Of a stretch of 40,094 bases of DNA, positions 14,417-25,200 are shown piece by piece (within the stretch, counting starts at the first letter, position 1; every line of letters begins with the position of its first letter). The position numbers and the translations under genes are program-made. This DNA is from a virus: the IMG/VR virus record IMGVR_UViG_3300045988_174260, one strand, 5' to 3'. Under the pieces are notes generated by a model that was not told the origin of the DNA, made no database searches, and saw nothing but the letters and a program-made list of their open reading frames with translations.

Positions 14417-15073
14417 ATGACTGACCTTGATATAGCTAACTACGCTTTGGGGTTGCTTGGACAGTACAAAATCCAGAGCTACCCGGAAGTAGGGAAAAAG
14501 TCAGTAGAAGGTCAGGCATTAGAGGCATATCTTCCATTCGCTATTCAAGACGTGATGATTGATGGCGAATGGAACTTCGCCCGGAAAAGGGTAATCATTG
14601 AGCCGTCACCGACAGAGGTGGCGGCCTTTGGTTATCATAACGCTTTCCCGAAGCCTGACGACCTAGTGACAATAATCTCCGTAAATGGGGAGCCTTGGAA
14701 TATTCAGGCGCAGTTTGTGCAGATTGAGGGAGAGTATATCTTGGCAAACGTTGACCAGTTAAGGCTGGTTTACATTGCCTCACCTACGGATGGCACAACG
14801 CTTCAAGGGATTCCAGACCAGTTAAAACCATTGGTAGGGATTCGATGGGCCTATCTTATCTGTGTTCGGATTACCAACAACATTGAGTTGTACAACATGA
14901 TAGCGGACATGTACCAGAGGGAATTGCACCGAATGCGTGATAATGACTTCATCAACAACACGGGTGGACGCTACAACTACCGCAACAAGCTCATGAGCCA
15001 GTCCACTTGGGGCCGCTATCCATTTGGGACGACCGCCCCGTATCACGGCTCGCCCACTTACATCCCAGACTAA
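14417..15073 (+). CDS. Tail adaptor (tail tubular protein A), T7 gp11-like.
   Basis: The N-terminus DIANYALGLLGQ...EWNFARK parallels T7 gp11 (NDILASIGEPP...RGWTFN, recalled from memory). It is 218 aa and lies immediately upstream of the nozzle gene. Confidence 0.7.
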   Translation: MTDLDIANYALGLLGQYKIQSYPEVGKKSVEGQALEAYLPFAIQDVMIDGEWNFARKRVIIEPSPTEVAAFGYHNAFPKPDDLVTIISVNGEPWNIQAQFVQIEGEYILANVDQLRLVYIASPTDGTTLQGIPDQLKPLVGIRWAYLICVRITNNIELYNMIADMYQRELHRMRDNDFINNTGGRYNYRNKLMSQSTWGRYPFGTTAPYHGSPTYIPD

Positions 15074-15093
15074 CCTAAAATTCATTCAGCTAT

Positions 15094-18000
15094 ATGACTA
15101 CAAATTCCCGGCAGTTTCAAATGCAACTCAACTTTAACGGGGGGCAAGTTTCCGAAAACTTCACTCCACGAGTTGACATGCAGAAATACCAGACAAGTTG
15201 CTCTGTGATGAGAAACTTCATTCCCAGACAGTTCGGCATGTTAAAGAGGCGTCCGGGATTTGGTTTTGTTGACAGCTTTAAAAATCCTTTTCGGATATTA
15301 AAATTCCCTTGTACCAACAACGAGGAATATATTGTCTGCGTACACTCTGACAACAAATATGAGAGCGGAGGATGCAAGCCGTTTGCGACCATTTATCAAT
15401 GCGGATATTTTGGAGACCAGACTAGAAGGTGGGAAGTAAATCTTGATATAGACCCCGTATTCATGCCGGGGGTTAATGGCTGGACTGCGGACAGTTCTTC
15501 TGAAAGGCATGGTAGGTTTTGGGATACGGACTTAGCTAAAATCAAATATGTATCTCAAAACGACAAGATGTGGATAGTGCATCCTGATTTCTTCCCTCTG
15601 GAATTAACAAGGACGGCGAAGCCAGCACAACTTCCGCAGACGTCGATGGCAGAGGACAAGTATGTTGTTGAGTTTGACACCTCCTCAAACACGAATCTTT
15701 CCACAAAAAACTCTTTGTGTTTTGGTTTGTATGGCGTTAATAGGCTAAATGCAAAAACACAACCTTTCTTTACCTTAAACTTTAAGGACAACAAATCTAT
15801 TGCTTTTGGTTTTAGCGGTAGTGGCGCCGATACGAAGTGGGCTATAACTACTTCGGATGGAGTTGTACATCAACTGGAAAACATTGGCGTTAGCTCTGAC
15901 CAGACTGTAGATTTTAGCGATTTCAATAAAAACATACCTATCAACATTTATTGCTTCCTGACGTGGCGAGGAAACAAGCTTTACGCAAGCATAGGATGTA
16001 ATAACAGTTATGGAACGTTAGGCCTCTATAAGTATTCCTCCTCCGAAGTCGAGGTTGATTCTTCTTTGGGCAACTTGTTAAGTTTTGTTATTGGGGGAAC
16101 TCCGGGGAGTTCGACCGATGCTCAATCTTATGTTTCTTTCAAAGAAACCTTTAGTTCTGGTTCAGATTTTAGCGGCATTGGGATTAAAGTGAATTTTGGA
16201 CAAGGAGATGTGCCTGATAAAAGCTTTAATAACAACGACCACAGGGTGTCGCTAATAATGGCTCAAATGTTTGGAGACACTTCGAGTGTGTTCAAGCTTA
16301 ATGATTGTCAAATCCAGCAATACAATAATTCCGTTTTCCCCATTAAGCGGATATACGAGAGCGGCACAAATATTTACACGGAAGAAACTGTCATTGATTT
16401 CAAGTTAACGACGATGGACTTCCTGACTTATCCGAAGAGCGACGACTACTATATTAACAACAAGAATCAGTCGAGCAATCCGGATAGCCCTATGTTTTGC
16501 CGCAACCACGAGACATACCCGGATATTCCGTATTATGTATATGAGGATAAAGACGTAGCACTTAATACTATTAACGCCGTATTCGGTGACAGGTTTTTCC
16601 TCTCTGATGGCTCTGTCTCACAAATTGCAGGGAATGACGGAACGCAAATAGCTGAATGGCTTAAAGACTATACGCCCGGAGATGTTGTCATTGGCTCTTG
16701 CCTGATGAACAAGACAGATGGGACATTGAATGGTAATATCTACAATTTTAGTACTGGCTCTAATGTAGGAATCCCCATTAACTTTTTCCGCATGGCTAAT
16801 ATTGTGTGCCGATACGTGCGAGGCGACTGGACTCTTAGCACAGACGCAGAAGTGGCGACAACCAAAGGGGTTCTTGTAAGTTATTTGGAGAATAGCAAGG
16901 TCTTTTCAGGCTATCCTTCTGGCGGCGGCTACACAGTCTTCCGAATCAACAATAACTGGTTCTCACAGCCGAGGAAGCTTAGCATGTCGGGAAGCGATAC
17001 TCCGGGAGTTTTTATAGGTCTTGTTTACATTGGCGAGAATGGGGAGGTAAGAACAGATACAGGAGATGCAGGGCAATCTATTGAAATAGATAATAGTAGC
17101 GGAGCTTACCATACAGACATCCCCTTTTCTGTGTGGCCTAATCAGAAAAGGCTCACATCCACCACTACTGATGCGACGGTATTCCAGAACCTGACCATTA
17201 TGCCGTTGATGTATGCTCCTGTGCTGGATGTTATATTTAAAAATTTTTCATCTAATTTCGGCAGAGGGAACTACCAGATAACCCAAACCGACATTAGTGC
17301 CACAAGTTACTATTCGGCTAAATTCAATGACTTGGTGAAGTGCGCCTTTTCTGTAGAGAAAGGCTATCCTTCCTGCATAGCGTTGCGTAATGGGCGGCTG
17401 ATATTGGCTTCAACCAAGGCCCAACCCCAAACAATATGGGCTTCCCGTGTTGACAGGTATAATGAGTTCTCTGTGGACGATATGGCAGATTCCGGCTGGG
17501 ATTTGACGATAGGTGCGAACCAGAGCCAAAAGATTCAATGGTTGTCTTCCTCTAAGGATTTGATAGTAGGAACAGACATTGGCGAATGGGTGCTGAACGA
17601 CAGCGACTCAAGCAATCCTGTACCCATTATTAAAGAACAATCCAGATGGGGTTCTTCTGTGGCGCAAGGGGAACTGATGACTGAAAGCCTGTTCTTTGTT
17701 CCTAGGGACACAAAAGGAGTTATTCAGTCTATCTACTCCTTCCAGATTGACGGTTATACCTCCGAGGACGTGACTATCATGGCATCGGATTTGTTTGATA
17801 GTGGGATTACGTCACACTCTATCCAAAAAGACCCTGACCCAATCTGGTGGGGTACTACTGGCGACGGAAGGCTTTTAGGGTTGCTGTATAACCGGGTGCA
17901 GGACATCAATGGCTGGTTCCAATGCGATATTCAAGGAGCCTTCATAAATCAGGTATGCTGTTACAATAACCCGGTAAAAGGCGAAGAAGGATTGATTGTT

Positions 18001-19386
18001 TCCGTAAAAGGTAAAGGCGAGAACGATTTCGTAAACGCCAATCAATACTTCCTCTCTTATATGGAGGACAGCAATCCTTGTGTTGACTTCTTCTCCACGG
18101 GGCAGACGAGCTACACAGATGCTCTGGCCTATGGAGGCTTTGTAAACAATTCGTGGAACAACTTCTCCACGGGGCAGACGAGCTACATAGATGCTCTTAA
18201 CACTCTAATTGTAAATGGCTACTTCAAGGAAAACACAAATAGTTCGCAACTCACAGTTCAGGCCAAAACCCCTACAACTCAAAGCTGGATATCAAGATTT
18301 TCTTTTTCCTTCGATGAGTCTGCTATTTTCAACAATCCGGTCGCTAGTGGGAGTGATGTTGAGATAGAATCTTTCCTTTTTGAGAACATGTACAGCCCTT
18401 CTCAAGAGGTATTAACCAAAGGGCCGTTCAGGATGTTTGTTTTCGACGCAGAGACGCAAGAATTCCTTACTTACTCTATTAACTCGATATTGTTGCCTGA
18501 CGACACAAATCAGTTGCCAATCCTTGAGTTCAGTTTCTTAGGGTTGGTGTTGAAGGCAAACCAGAAGATAAGGTGTTACTTCTCTTCGGCATCGGTTCCC
18601 TCATGGGAAGGTGCAGAACAGATTTTGCAGTTATCAGTCTTTGACGAGGCCGGCCATGATGTGCAATATGGATATTTCCCATACATGGATGTGAGAGTTA
18701 AAGCTACTACATCCAAGATAGAGTGGGACGAAACCAAGCCTGTATATCTGGACATCATTTCAGCTAACGGGCAAACAACCACAGGCTATTGCTTTGGCGG
18801 CAATGAGGTAAATAATAATTATTCTTATTACCAGCAAGCGCCGGAGGGTGAAGGCTTGTTCTCCCAGAGCCAAATCGTATTTAATGTTAAGTCTGAAATT
18901 GAAAACGATATTGGCCAAGCCGGGAACAGCGGATTTATTACTCCCCCGTCCAGCACCGCAGGGACTCTTCCAAACTTTGTTTTTGGGCTTCATATCTTCT
19001 CGGAGTTTATTTCAATGCCAATGGGGAATGCCAACAATTATGTCATTCCTGCGACCACTACGAAGATTAGCCAACTTAGGTATCAAGTATCACGGGATGA
19101 GAGCAACGACGTAACTCCTTCATCTTCATTCCTTAGTGATGACGGTCTGGCTTATGGTGCGCCAAGGATTCAGGCCACAGTTCAGGCATTGGACTATGAT
19201 GCCCCGATAGCTATGGAAAAGAGTAATTCCATGTCGGTATCAACAAACTTGTCTAACGGGAGAGACCATATTGTATTGAGTGGACAAAGCTCTACAGATA
19301 CAAGGCTGTACTTTTCTTTGGATGATGCTAAAAAAGTAAACATATTAGCGGCATACATTTTATATGATTCCACTCTCGTTAGCTGA
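15094..19386 (+). CDS. Tail nozzle (tail tubular protein B), T7 gp12-like, expanded to 1,430 aa.
   Basis: The N-terminus NFNGGQVSE...LKRRPG parallels T7 gp12 (NLKGGISQQP...QKRPP). The central RNGRLILAS..IWASRVDRYNEF..KIQWLSSSKDLIVGTDIGEWVL parallels gp12 RNRLGFLS...AKYFNF...EELLIWSDEAQFVL. Both T7 sequences are recalled from memory. Confidence 0.65.
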   Translation: MTTNSRQFQMQLNFNGGQVSENFTPRVDMQKYQTSCSVMRNFIPRQFGMLKRRPGFGFVDSFKNPFRILKFPCTNNEEYIVCVHSDNKYESGGCKPFATIYQCGYFGDQTRRWEVNLDIDPVFMPGVNGWTADSSSERHGRFWDTDLAKIKYVSQNDKMWIVHPDFFPLELTRTAKPAQLPQTSMAEDKYVVEFDTSSNTNLSTKNSLCFGLYGVNRLNAKTQPFFTLNFKDNKSIAFGFSGSGADTKWAITTSDGVVHQLENIGVSSDQTVDFSDFNKNIPINIYCFLTWRGNKLYASIGCNNSYGTLGLYKYSSSEVEVDSSLGNLLSFVIGGTPGSSTDAQSYVSFKETFSSGSDFSGIGIKVNFGQGDVPDKSFNNNDHRVSLIMAQMFGDTSSVFKLNDCQIQQYNNSVFPIKRIYESGTNIYTEETVIDFKLTTMDFLTYPKSDDYYINNKNQSSNPDSPMFCRNHETYPDIPYYVYEDKDVALNTINAVFGDRFFLSDGSVSQIAGNDGTQIAEWLKDYTPGDVVIGSCLMNKTDGTLNGNIYNFSTGSNVGIPINFFRMANIVCRYVRGDWTLSTDAEVATTKGVLVSYLENSKVFSGYPSGGGYTVFRINNNWFSQPRKLSMSGSDTPGVFIGLVYIGENGEVRTDTGDAGQSIEIDNSSGAYHTDIPFSVWPNQKRLTSTTTDATVFQNLTIMPLMYAPVLDVIFKNFSSNFGRGNYQITQTDISATSYYSAKFNDLVKCAFSVEKGYPSCIALRNGRLILASTKAQPQTIWASRVDRYNEFSVDDMADSGWDLTIGANQSQKIQWLSSSKDLIVGTDIGEWVLNDSDSSNPVPIIKEQSRWGSSVAQGELMTESLFFVPRDTKGVIQSIYSFQIDGYTSEDVTIMASDLFDSGITSHSIQKDPDPIWWGTTGDGRLLGLLYNRVQDINGWFQCDIQGAFINQVCCYNNPVKGEEGLIVSVKGKGENDFVNANQYFLSYMEDSNPCVDFFSTGQTSYTDALAYGGFVNNSWNNFSTGQTSYIDALNTLIVNGYFKENTNSSQLTVQAKTPTTQSWISRFSFSFDESAIFNNPVASGSDVEIESFLFENMYSPSQEVLTKGPFRMFVFDAETQEFLTYSINSILLPDDTNQLPILEFSFLGLVLKANQKIRCYFSSASVPSWEGAEQILQLSVFDEAGHDVQYGYFPYMDVRVKATTSKIEWDETKPVYLDIISANGQTTTGYCFGGNEVNNNYSYYQQAPEGEGLFSQSQIVFNVKSEIENDIGQAGNSGFITPPSSTAGTLPNFVFGLHIFSEFISMPMGNANNYVIPATTTKISQLRYQVSRDESNDVTPSSSFLSDDGLAYGAPRIQATVQALDYDAPIAMEKSNSMSVSTNLSNGRDHIVLSGQSSTDTRLYFSLDDAKKVNILAAYILYDSTLVS
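18090..18197 (+). repeat. In-frame 36-nt direct duplication with 1 mismatch and a 72-nt period, inside the nozzle gene.
   Basis: CTTCTCCACGGGGCAGACGAGCTACA[C/T]AGATGCTCT occurs at 18090-18125 and 18162-18197. It encodes FSTGQTSY(T/I)DAL twice. Confidence 0.9.
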
Positions 19387-20269
19387 CACTTCTGGGCTTA
19401 CTAGTGATGGGCTTCTTCCTATCACTGGCTTCCCGTCATGGATGTGGGGAAGCGGATTTCTTAACGACCAGTTAAACAACATCCCGGAAATCGCAGAACC
19501 CGCCTATAATGAGTTGTGGACAGACCCCACAACAGGAGTAACTAATGCTCTCCTGCCTTCGATAAGGAGTGATTCTTATCTTGATGGGATATATGACACG
19601 GACTATCAGACGGGCTATCCGGAGATGCCGCAACCTCCGACATATAATCCTAACACAAGTTATTTGCCGTCAGCGGCTTCTACGAATATATGGCAAGAGA
19701 AATCCAGTCCAAACAAAATAGGTTGGGATGACACCTTCGACGGATTTGGGTTTAACTCTACTACTCTAAAAGGGTTCGGAAGTGTCCTTTCGGATATTTC
19801 TTCTTCGTTTAGTAAGAAGAAAGAGTATGCCAATTATGTTGCCAGTTACGAAAATAAGGCGCAAGCGTTAAGGAATCAGGCAGAATCAGCCTATAAGATT
19901 GCGGGAATAAATATGTCCCGCCTTAGAGGCAATCAGGCTAAATATCTGGCACAGCAACAGGTTTCTGCGGTGCGTACAGGGTTCGCCCCCACATCAGGTT
20001 CTATTAGTGCTGTACAGAAGGCGACGATGAGCCAGTTCGAGCAACAAATAGGAGACGCTTGGTTGGAGGCAGAGCAGAGGAGGCAAAACACCATGTATCA
20101 AGCGAGCGTTGCGGATTGGCGTGCAAGTCAGGCTAGACAAGCCAGCAAGAGGAGTTCTAAAGGGTTCCTCGGCTCTTTGATTGGTTCGGGGGTTGGCGCC
20201 TACTTTGGCGGCCCGACAGGCATGGCTATTGGCTCTAAAATAGGCACATCATTAAACGGGTTATTCTAA
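19364..20269 (+). CDS. Internal virion/ejection protein candidate (301 aa) with a C-terminal glycine zipper.
   Basis: It follows the nozzle gene, in the position of T7 gp13/14. The C-terminus reads GFLGSLIGSGVGAYFGGPTGMAIGSKIG. Confidence 0.55.
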   Translation: MIPLSLADTSGLTSDGLLPITGFPSWMWGSGFLNDQLNNIPEIAEPAYNELWTDPTTGVTNALLPSIRSDSYLDGIYDTDYQTGYPEMPQPPTYNPNTSYLPSAASTNIWQEKSSPNKIGWDDTFDGFGFNSTTLKGFGSVLSDISSSFSKKKEYANYVASYENKAQALRNQAESAYKIAGINMSRLRGNQAKYLAQQQVSAVRTGFAPTSGSISAVQKATMSQFEQQIGDAWLEAEQRRQNTMYQASVADWRASQARQASKRSSKGFLGSLIGSGVGAYFGGPTGMAIGSKIGTSLNGLF

Positions 20270-22222
20270 ATGGCGACCTACGACACAAGAGATATTAGGA
20301 TGGGTGTTACCGGTTCGAATAAGGAGGGGTTGCTTACTTCTCCGTCTAACAGGTACTTGCGCTCTACTTACGATACGGCGAGATATGTTCCTATCGGCAA
20401 CGAGTTTGACAAGGAAAGCCGGGAAAGGGAGCTGGGTAATCTAGGAGAAGGTTTGTCCCTATGGGCCAAAGCACAGGCCGAGGTGGAGACGACTAACGAC
20501 AGTATCCAGTCGAGGCGCATGGCGGCAGAGTACATGGAAGCCTCAACGCAGGTTTTCAACCAGTTGCAAAACGACCCAAGCACGATGAACAACCCTGCCG
20601 TGTGGCTGGACGTGTACACGGAGGAAATGACATCAAGGATTGCGGAGATAAATAATAATTATTCTAAATCTTTTTATGTTGGTCGCAATCAACTCATGTC
20701 TAACGAGCAACTTAATTTGCTGTTAAAAAAGGAGAAGAATAATGTGGCCCTGATGGCGGCAGACCGGGTATCAAAAATGGCTGCTGACGAGACAAACGCC
20801 TCCCTGAAAGTGGCAATAGCTAACAGGGATTTCGGACTGGCTAAGGAGATAAACCAAAGTCCCTACTTAACTCCTGCCCAAAAGATTTTGAATGAGAATG
20901 AAATCACTGGTGCTCAAACACAGGATATAATTCAGCAGTCAGTCTTGAGAGACCCGTGGGGCGTTGTAGAGGAAGTGAACAGGGATGGGTCCGTACAACG
21001 TCGAGAACTCACCTATGAGCAACAGCAGTACGCAATGAATCAAGCGCAGGGGCAGATAAGCACGACTCAAAAGCAATCGTACGATTCTCTCGTACAGAAG
21101 TTTTTGTTTAACCCGGAAGAGTTTGACTTGAACGTGGCAAACAAGTTGCTGAAAAACAACCATTTGACTACCCAGCAATACGTTAATCTTCTGAACATGA
21201 AGAAAAAAATGAGCGCCAAGGTAGAGCCGACGCCGATGCAGTTTAAGGCAATGTCGGAATGGGCAACGAAGCTGTCAGAGGGATATGCCAAGGAATCTCC
21301 CGAAGGCAAAGCAAATATCCTTTCGCAAGCCGAACGTCTTTTTGACAGCATGAATTTCAGCACCAGCGACAAGAATGCTCTGGTTAAGCTGGTAACGCAA
21401 AAGATTTCCCCTGAAACGTTCAATCAGGCTGACAAGTTGGTAGAGAAGTTTTGGGATAACGGCCAACTACCTCTGACCAAGACAGCGGATTACACCGGAA
21501 CTCAAGGAGGAACTACTCCGATTTATTTGACGGAGGGAGAGTTTAATACGCAGTTCAAAGAGAGGAAGAACCAGTTTTTCTTAGACAAAAGCAGGACATA
21601 CCTAGACCCGAAAACGGCAAAAGAACGTTTTGCTGTGATGGAGTATGTGCCGGACTCGAACAATCTGTTCCTGCAAGAAAAGATAAAAAGCGAAGTTCGT
21701 TCCGTCCTTTCTGATAAGATTGCTGAATATAGGGCAGAACACAATGGGAAATCTCCTACCGGACAAGAGCTTTATGAGCTTGTTTTTTTCGCACAAGAAG
21801 AGGCGTTCTCCCGGAATAATATCAGCAGTATTGACCCATTATCTTCTGCCTCTGTTTATCCTTCTGGACAGCAAGACAGAGACGAAAGAAAGGCGACATT
21901 TATTCCGAACAACGTTAGAGTGTCGGCTATATCGAATAAAGCTTCTATAGATATTCCGACTAATGGTGCTTTTATTGTTTGGGCCGGAAGTAACTCTTTC
22001 ATTACAAACGAGAAAGACTACTTGAGCATATATAAACGGGCCGGGGCGCCCCCTCAAGGATTTATCGTAGCAGATGAATCTTTCCTCCAAGCTCCACACA
22101 AAGATTTAATGGATGTGCAAGCTATGATTTCGGCCAAAGCGATAGCGGCGAAAGCTGGATTAGATGCACAAGGAGAGCAGGGAATTTATTGTGCATTGCT
22201 TTCCTATTGGAATAATTTATAA
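20270..22222 (+). CDS. Internal virion/ejection protein candidate (650 aa).
   Basis: It occupies the T7 gp15-like position. Its start abuts the upstream stop (TAAATG). No catalytic motif recognised. Confidence 0.55.
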   Translation: MATYDTRDIRMGVTGSNKEGLLTSPSNRYLRSTYDTARYVPIGNEFDKESRERELGNLGEGLSLWAKAQAEVETTNDSIQSRRMAAEYMEASTQVFNQLQNDPSTMNNPAVWLDVYTEEMTSRIAEINNNYSKSFYVGRNQLMSNEQLNLLLKKEKNNVALMAADRVSKMAADETNASLKVAIANRDFGLAKEINQSPYLTPAQKILNENEITGAQTQDIIQQSVLRDPWGVVEEVNRDGSVQRRELTYEQQQYAMNQAQGQISTTQKQSYDSLVQKFLFNPEEFDLNVANKLLKNNHLTTQQYVNLLNMKKKMSAKVEPTPMQFKAMSEWATKLSEGYAKESPEGKANILSQAERLFDSMNFSTSDKNALVKLVTQKISPETFNQADKLVEKFWDNGQLPLTKTADYTGTQGGTTPIYLTEGEFNTQFKERKNQFFLDKSRTYLDPKTAKERFAVMEYVPDSNNLFLQEKIKSEVRSVLSDKIAEYRAEHNGKSPTGQELYELVFFAQEEAFSRNNISSIDPLSSASVYPSGQQDRDERKATFIPNNVRVSAISNKASIDIPTNGAFIVWAGSNSFITNEKDYLSIYKRAGAPPQGFIVADESFLQAPHKDLMDVQAMISAKAIAAKAGLDAQGEQGIYCALLSYWNNL

Positions 22223-22229
22223 ACAAATC

Positions 22230-25200
22230 ATGGAAGAGCTTTCAGAACAACCCGAAGATTCTATCCTGTTGGATGAAATAAAGAAAATGAATTCGGGCCT
22301 CGCTTCTAATAAGGAGCAACCTGAAATAACAGAAGAGGATTTAGAAGCAAATCCTCAAGCTTACTCTTCTGAACAAATTGAAGGGGTTTTAAGAAACAAG
22401 AGAAGTATTCGCACAAAGCTTGACGATTATTTAAGGATGTCGTCTAGCTTGCTTCCTACTACTCCGCGAGAAGCCTTAGATGCCGTAGGGACATTGCGTG
22501 AGGAACTGCAAGCAAATGGTATAGACCCGGAGTATGAGAGGTATCGTGAGAAGATAAAAAGAAACGAAGATATAGTTTATTCGGTTACTAGGTATATCAA
22601 TCCAACAACAGGCTTGTTTGGGGATGTTCCTGCACAAGATGTAACAAACAATAAGCTGGAAAAAATACTTAGTGCTGAGCAAATTAGGGATTTCAATAAT
22701 GCCCCGCAGTTTATGCGAGACAAATATGTTTTCAATCGCATTGTTGAAAACTTTTTCCCGGAAGGGGAGATGGATAAAGGGTATGCACTAGAACTCCTGA
22801 AAAAGCATTATCAAACCGACTCAATGCACGGAGTTGTCAGCAAATACGCTCAAGAGCTTCAAAGGAACAAGGATGAGGAGACAGCATACAATGAAGCCTC
22901 TACCAGATTTTTCGATTCCTTTATAGAAACAGGAGGCGATTACCAGAAAGCAATCGACAGCTTGGAAGGCAATCTAAACCTGTATGCGGAAAACATTTTC
23001 AACCAAGAACCTGCGCTTAAATACATTTACCAGCGTGCGTATAACTCCGTCTCATGGATTAAAGATGAATACATAGAAAGCGGAGAGCTGGATTGGGACA
23101 AGATGGCAGACAGGTTGTTGAAGCTTGGGGAAGGAGAGACGTTCTCTCTAGCCATTCAGATGCTTCCCTACATGTTGCCCAAAGACGACAGGACTTGGCT
23201 AACCCAAGCCATAGACGACACCGCCTCTGATGTCTCCCGCTTTGCTAGGCTCATGGTTGACGGAGGAGGTGATAGCGCCCAAGCAGAACGCCTTGCGTTG
23301 GCTATCCAGCAGGAATATCGTCAGGGCCGAGACATGCCTACATCGTGGATAGGGAGAGCTTTTAAGGCGGCGACAGACCAAGTTCCGAAGGTGGCGGCAG
23401 TAACCGGAAGCTCTCTTTTGGCTTCACCGGGTGGGCCTGTAGCAATGGCCGCCACAGGAACAGCTGTCGGCTCAATGGTGTATGGTTCAACGGTAGGTCT
23501 TGAGGCATATAGGACGAATTCTTCTAGGGCAGGAGCATTGACATATGGTGTTACTGTTGGGGCCTTGGAAGGTCTCCTTGAAAACGTAACTCTTGGCGTT
23601 GGTGCTTTGGCCTCCAAAGGTATTAAGGTGGCAGAGGCAGGTAGGAAAATGGCCTCTGTTGCCGGAAGAGTTCCCGCTACCGTAAGAGGTGCGGCGGCTG
23701 GTGCTTTGTCTGAATATACCCAAGAAGTCATTGCTGACCCAATTTATGTTGGATTGGAGAATGTAATGCGCTCTGCGGGGTTTGAGCTTACCCAGCAAAA
23801 CACCCTTAAAAACTGGTGGGAAACATTGGACTTCACATCCCCTGAACTATTGGGGGCTACAGCCATTCTTGGAGGCTCCATTGGTGCTGTTGGGGGCTAT
23901 CAAGCTAACCACCTCATCAACCGAGTAGGAAGAAGCGCTTCGGCTCTTCAAGCTTATGGTGTACCCGAATCGGAAGCTGTGGCTATTGCCGAAATGCCAG
24001 ACGGCAAGGAGCGCACAAACAGGCTTATATCGGCCCTTCGCAATAACCGGGTAAGCCCCGACGTGCAAATAACAAACCAGCAAGCGGGGATATTCCTGAA
24101 CTTTTTAGCTAAGAATGCAGAGAGGTTTAAGGATGTTGAGCTGATGCCGGAGATATCCGACAACGGGGACGGAACCTTTAATATTGTTGAGAGAGACCCG
24201 GTAAGTGGAGCTGAAAAAGTAACCACAGTAACAGACGAAATCGCAGGGACGTTCATGTCTCAAGCGTTGCAGTCAAATCCGGGATTTATCAGGGCATTAA
24301 ATATTTTCGCCCAAGAAGAGATAGAGTCAGGGGTGGGCAAGGAGACGAAGATAAAGAGCTATACTCCTGACGAACTCCGAGCAAAAATCCAATCCACAGA
24401 AGACAACAATGCAACTATAGCACGACTTAGGGCTTTGGCTGTAATTAACCAAGACCCGGAATTGTTGCAGAGTTTTCGTGATGGGAAAGTAAGTATTGAA
24501 GATGTAGCAAATGAGCTGGAAATTGTATCTGCATATAGAGATGGCACGATTGCTGTTGCGAGGGGTGAAGCGAATCCTCTCAATATTCTCGAAGAAATAA
24601 TTCATGCCCGCGCCATATCTGATTTGGAGAGCGGCGTTATTTCCAGAGATGTTATTGAAACACAGGTAAGGAATTACTTGGAATTCTTGGGCCGCAGTAG
24701 CGAAGAAATAGGGGACTTGAGCAATGACGTTCTGTTGCAGGAGCATCTTGCCAATATGGGGAAAGCTTTAGCTACAACGCCAGAGTTGTTTTCCTCCATG
24801 CCGGGGAATGTTCAGACAATTTTGGAGTGGCAGAAAGACGCCATTGCGGAAGTCGGCAATATTTTTGAAGAAGGCAATCTGATAAGAGAAGCCATTGAGC
24901 AGGGAGTTGTCTCTTCCGATTTTGTTAAATGGTCTAAATCGTTGGCGACAATGGCCGAGCGTCGTGATGGACAGGACGTTGGCGAGCTTATCAATGGAGC
25001 AACGGGCGAAAACATTTTGCCGATGGGGAAAACTCTTCCTTCTGCGAGGAGGAGAGGAACAATAGATGTAACTCCTTCTATTAAAACCATTAACGAAGCT
25101 ATCAAGAGCATTGTTGAAGGGACATCGGAAAGGGCAGTAGGACAGCTTCATAAATTGCAGAGAAGCATGACCAAGCTTTCCGAAAGGTTTTCACAAGGCA

